A stretch of DNA of 64,000 nt from Sedimentisphaerales bacterium (GTDB lineage: Bacteria > Planctomycetota > Phycisphaerae > Sedimentisphaerales > Anaerobacaceae). A model generated the notes under the pieces. It ran no database searches. It was not told the DNA's origin and saw nothing but the letters and a program-made list of their open reading frames with translations. Positions 61,043 to 64,000 of the stretch are shown piece after piece. The position numbers and the translations under genes are program-made. Position 1 is the stretch's first letter, and every line of letters begins with the position of its first letter. The stretch spans positions 416,001-480,000 of the forward strand of contig JAXGYC010000007.1 in NCBI GenBank assembly GCA_040772485.1, given 5' to 3'.

Positions 61043-63994
61043 ATGCAAGCCAATCGCGGCTTCGCAGGAGGCACCAGCATCGCTCTGCTACTGGGACTTT
61101 GTATGAGCCCGTGCGTCCTGACCGCGAAGATCATCTACGTCGACTCAAGAGCACCCGGTACGGGTGACGACGCCGGGGCCACATGGGAAGATGCATATCT
61201 CTGCCTCCAGAACGCCCTGGGAGTCGCCCAGGCGGGAGACGAGATCCGAGTCGCCCGAGGTGTGTACCAGCCCGACCGCAGAATGGTCTTCCCACGCACC
61301 GGTCTGCCCCCCCTTGATATTGAAGCCTCCGGCAGCGTGGACGACAGTTTCGTGCTTCCCGAAGGTGTGGTGATCAAGGGGGGGTATGCCGGAGCAAGGA
61401 GTCCCAATCCCGATGCGAGAGTGTCACCCTATCGAAGCATCCTCAGCGGGGACCTCTTGGGCAACGATCCCGATCTGAGCAGTCTCGACTCGCCAACGCT
61501 GGAGAGCTTCGTCATGCACCTCGCGCTGCGGGACAATTCCCGCACCGTGGTAACCGCCGCCGGGGTATCGAGCCAGACCGTCCTGGATGGCTTCACGATT
61601 ACCGCCGGGCATTGCGAGGGAGGGACTCCCGGTTCGTCGCCCCGCTCTCGGAGCGGTACGATCGTGCCATCTCCAACCGCGCAGACGGACGGGGCCGGCG
61701 CGTTTATCGACTCCGGCAGCCCGACGTTCTTTCGATGCGTCTTCTCCCGAAACACCGTGCTGCCCTACACCAACGTCGGAGCGGGCGGTGCTGGTGTCGC
61801 AGCCCACAACAGCAGCGCCACGTTTCAGGAATGTACGTTCGAGGAGAACCTCGCCATTGGCTATGACGGATACGGATATGGCGGCGCCGTTCTGGTCTAT
61901 GAGGGGGCTCCGCAATTCATCAACTGCACGTTTGTAAACAACGCGGCGGGCGGCGCGGGCGGTCCGTGTGCGGGGGGAGCCGTAACAAGCGTTCAGAGCG
62001 ATTGGACGTTGGCGGAATGCTCGTTTGTCGGCAACCGAGTCACGGCCAGCACGGGACGTACCACGGATTCCATAGGAGGAGCCATTTACTGTAGCGATCA
62101 TGGCCACCCGACAATGGCGGACTGCCTGTTCGAGGGCAACTCCGCCCGCGAGGGCGGCGCCGTCTATCTCGATGGCGATTGCGAGCCGAACGTGATCGGG
62201 TGCACCTTCCTGGCTAACACCGCCACCGACAATGGTCGGGGCGGCGCGGTCTACAACAGCAGTAACTGTGCAGGGAATTTCGACGGATGTCGCTTCCTCG
62301 GCAATGCGGCAGACGACTGGGGGGGAGCCCTGTACGCCAAGGGCGCCCCGACCGTCGTCAGTTGTCTGTTCAGTGGAAACTCCGCAGAACGAGGCGCTGG
62401 AATCTACGCCGAGATGAACGCTGCGCCGATGGTCATCAACTGCACGTTCAGCAACAACGTCGCTGCAGAAGAGGGCGGTGCATTCTGCAGCATCGTCGGC
62501 ACCACGCGATTCTCGAACTGCATCCTGTGGGGCAATGCTCCCCAGGAGATGCGCTCGAATACGGGAGGTCTTCAGATCGATCATTCCGATGTCCAGGGAC
62601 TTGGCCTGAGCAGCCAGGCGAATATCGATGCGAACCCGCGTTTTCAGGACCCGCTCGGCGCCGACGCGATCGCCGGCACTCTCGACGACGACTTGCGTCT
62701 GTCCGCTGGTTCGCCCTGTCTGGACGCGGGAGACGACGCCGCCCTTCCGGCGTTTGCGACCACCGATCTGGACGGCCTGGAGCGCGTCGTCGGCGGCCGG
62801 GTCGACATGGGCGCCTATGAGTTCAGCGGTCCGCTGCGCTACTATGTCGACGCGGCTACAGGCGACGACAACAATGGCGGCTGGGGTCCTCGCGAGGCGT
62901 TCGCCACCATCCAGAGAGGGATCCGAGCGGCCAGCGAAGGGTACACCGTGCTGGTCATGCCGGGGGTGTATACCGAGGAGATCAACTTCGCCGGCAAGGC
63001 GATCACGGTCTCCGGCGAGAATGGCGGCGCGATCCTGGAGGCCCCGGGCGGCTACGCCGTGTCGTGCTACACCGCCGAACGCAGCACCAGCGTCCTGAAG
63101 AACTTCGTTGTCCGCAACAGCGACGTTGGAATCTTCGTCGCCGGCGCGATGCCGACCATCCGAAACGTGACGGTCACCGGCAACGAATTTGGGATCGCCT
63201 CGTATGCCGGAGGCAATCCCGACATCAGCAACTGCATCCTCTGGGACAATACCGATGGCGACCTCTTCGGATGCACCGCAAGGTACAGTTGCGTGCAGCA
63301 GGGAGTCGAAGGCGAGGGCAACATCCGCGAAGACCCGCTGTTCGCCGATCCCGAGGCCGGGGACTACCATCTGCTCTCGGAACGGGGACGCTTCGTGCCG
63401 GCTCACGCACTGTGGGCATTCGACGCCAGGACGAGCCCCTGCGTCGACGCCGGCGATCCGGCGCTCGACCCGGACGCTGAGCGGATGCCGAACGGGGGCC
63501 GGATCAACATGGGCGCCTTCGGGGGAACGCCGCAGGCCAGCATGAGCGAATGGCCCCTGGCAGGCGATCTCAACCGCGACAGACGCGTCGACTTCGCGGA
63601 TCTGGCCATCCTCCTCGACCAGTGGCTGGAGGAACTGCCTGCGGTCGGCGCCGGCGCCGCAGACGCATCTTCCCTTCAGCCGAACCCGGCCCGCTGGGCC
63701 ATCGACGGCCAGCCTCGTGAAGTCCACGGGGGTGGGGGTGTCTTCGACTATTACGTCGAGATGACGGCGGCCGAGGTGGTTTCGCCGCACGGTCCCGTGG
63801 AGTACTTCTTTGACTGTCATGTCAGCTCCGAGCTCTTTCCTTTCGGGTATGACAGCGGCTGGCAGAACGCACGTACCTACAAGGTCCTGGTGGGACGCAG
63901 CGGGCAAGGCCTTCGGTTCCGCGTGCGAGCGCGCGACCAGGCCGGCAATATGACCGACTGGTCCGAGTGGACCATCGCTCTGCCGGCAAACTGA
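61043..63994 (+). CDS. Secreted right-handed parallel beta-helix protein with choice-of-anchor-Q-like, DUF1565-like and dockerin-like modules
   Basis: AAGGAG RBS, signal peptide. IIYVD...TWEDAYLCLQNAL; many CxFxxNxAxxGGA repeats; SPCLDAG...DMGAYE; YYVDAATGDD...FATIQ; INMGAFGGT; GDLNRDRRVDFADLAILLDQWL. Confidence 0.85.
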   Translation: MQANRGFAGGTSIALLLGLCMSPCVLTAKIIYVDSRAPGTGDDAGATWEDAYLCLQNALGVAQAGDEIRVARGVYQPDRRMVFPRTGLPPLDIEASGSVDDSFVLPEGVVIKGGYAGARSPNPDARVSPYRSILSGDLLGNDPDLSSLDSPTLESFVMHLALRDNSRTVVTAAGVSSQTVLDGFTITAGHCEGGTPGSSPRSRSGTIVPSPTAQTDGAGAFIDSGSPTFFRCVFSRNTVLPYTNVGAGGAGVAAHNSSATFQECTFEENLAIGYDGYGYGGAVLVYEGAPQFINCTFVNNAAGGAGGPCAGGAVTSVQSDWTLAECSFVGNRVTASTGRTTDSIGGAIYCSDHGHPTMADCLFEGNSAREGGAVYLDGDCEPNVIGCTFLANTATDNGRGGAVYNSSNCAGNFDGCRFLGNAADDWGGALYAKGAPTVVSCLFSGNSAERGAGIYAEMNAAPMVINCTFSNNVAAEEGGAFCSIVGTTRFSNCILWGNAPQEMRSNTGGLQIDHSDVQGLGLSSQANIDANPRFQDPLGADAIAGTLDDDLRLSAGSPCLDAGDDAALPAFATTDLDGLERVVGGRVDMGAYEFSGPLRYYVDAATGDDNNGGWGPREAFATIQRGIRAASEGYTVLVMPGVYTEEINFAGKAITVSGENGGAILEAPGGYAVSCYTAERSTSVLKNFVVRNSDVGIFVAGAMPTIRNVTVTGNEFGIASYAGGNPDISNCILWDNTDGDLFGCTARYSCVQQGVEGEGNIREDPLFADPEAGDYHLLSERGRFVPAHALWAFDARTSPCVDAGDPALDPDAERMPNGGRINMGAFGGTPQASMSEWPLAGDLNRDRRVDFADLAILLDQWLEELPAVGAGAADASSLQPNPARWAIDGQPREVHGGGGVFDYYVEMTAAEVVSPHGPVEYFFDCHVSSELFPFGYDSGWQNARTYKVLVGRSGQGLRFRVRARDQAGNMTDWSEWTIALPAN

Positions 63995-64000
63995 CACAAG

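Noticed and set aside
49762..64000. Integrative element or prophage at tRNA-Lys
   Set aside because: No integrase, no duplicated tRNA 3' end noticed, no phage genes, and composition looks host-like.

Overview
High-GC, gene-dense chromosomal window. The protein repertoire points to a planctomycete, probably Phycisphaerae/Sedimentisphaerales-like (inference): Tat-exported oxidoreductases, a sulfatase, an H-X9-DG protein, a membrane-extended ECF sigma factor, and GEVED and dockerin-like surface proteins. Bases 1-49.8 kb are mostly core or envelope genes: bamD-like/lptE-like/ftsH/dsbD-like/nth/LOG, a TolC-adaptor-ABC efflux operon, tRNA-His, ppdK, a sulfatase, an M16 pair, an M14 fusion, pepC, mnmA, GT9, lpxI, a TMTC-like GT-C/TPR protein, a CE15-SGNH esterase, a MazEF-type TA pair, rmlA-D-B and tRNA-Lys. 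The most unusual part (50.2-64 kb) follows tRNA-Lys. It encodes a large secreted double-GEVED protein ending in 24 consecutive, indel-free 7-residue Cys repeats (consensus C-P-A-x-x-T-x). Next come two translationally coupled paralogous membrane proteins, each with two GATase-like (DUF4350-like) soluble domains and a membrane block loosely resembling exosortase but lacking the catalytic Cys. A membrane-anchored ECF sigma factor and a beta-helix/dockerin-like surface protein follow. This is a candidate uncharacterised surface-protein modification or sorting system. All family calls come from motif recognition by eye; no searches were run.
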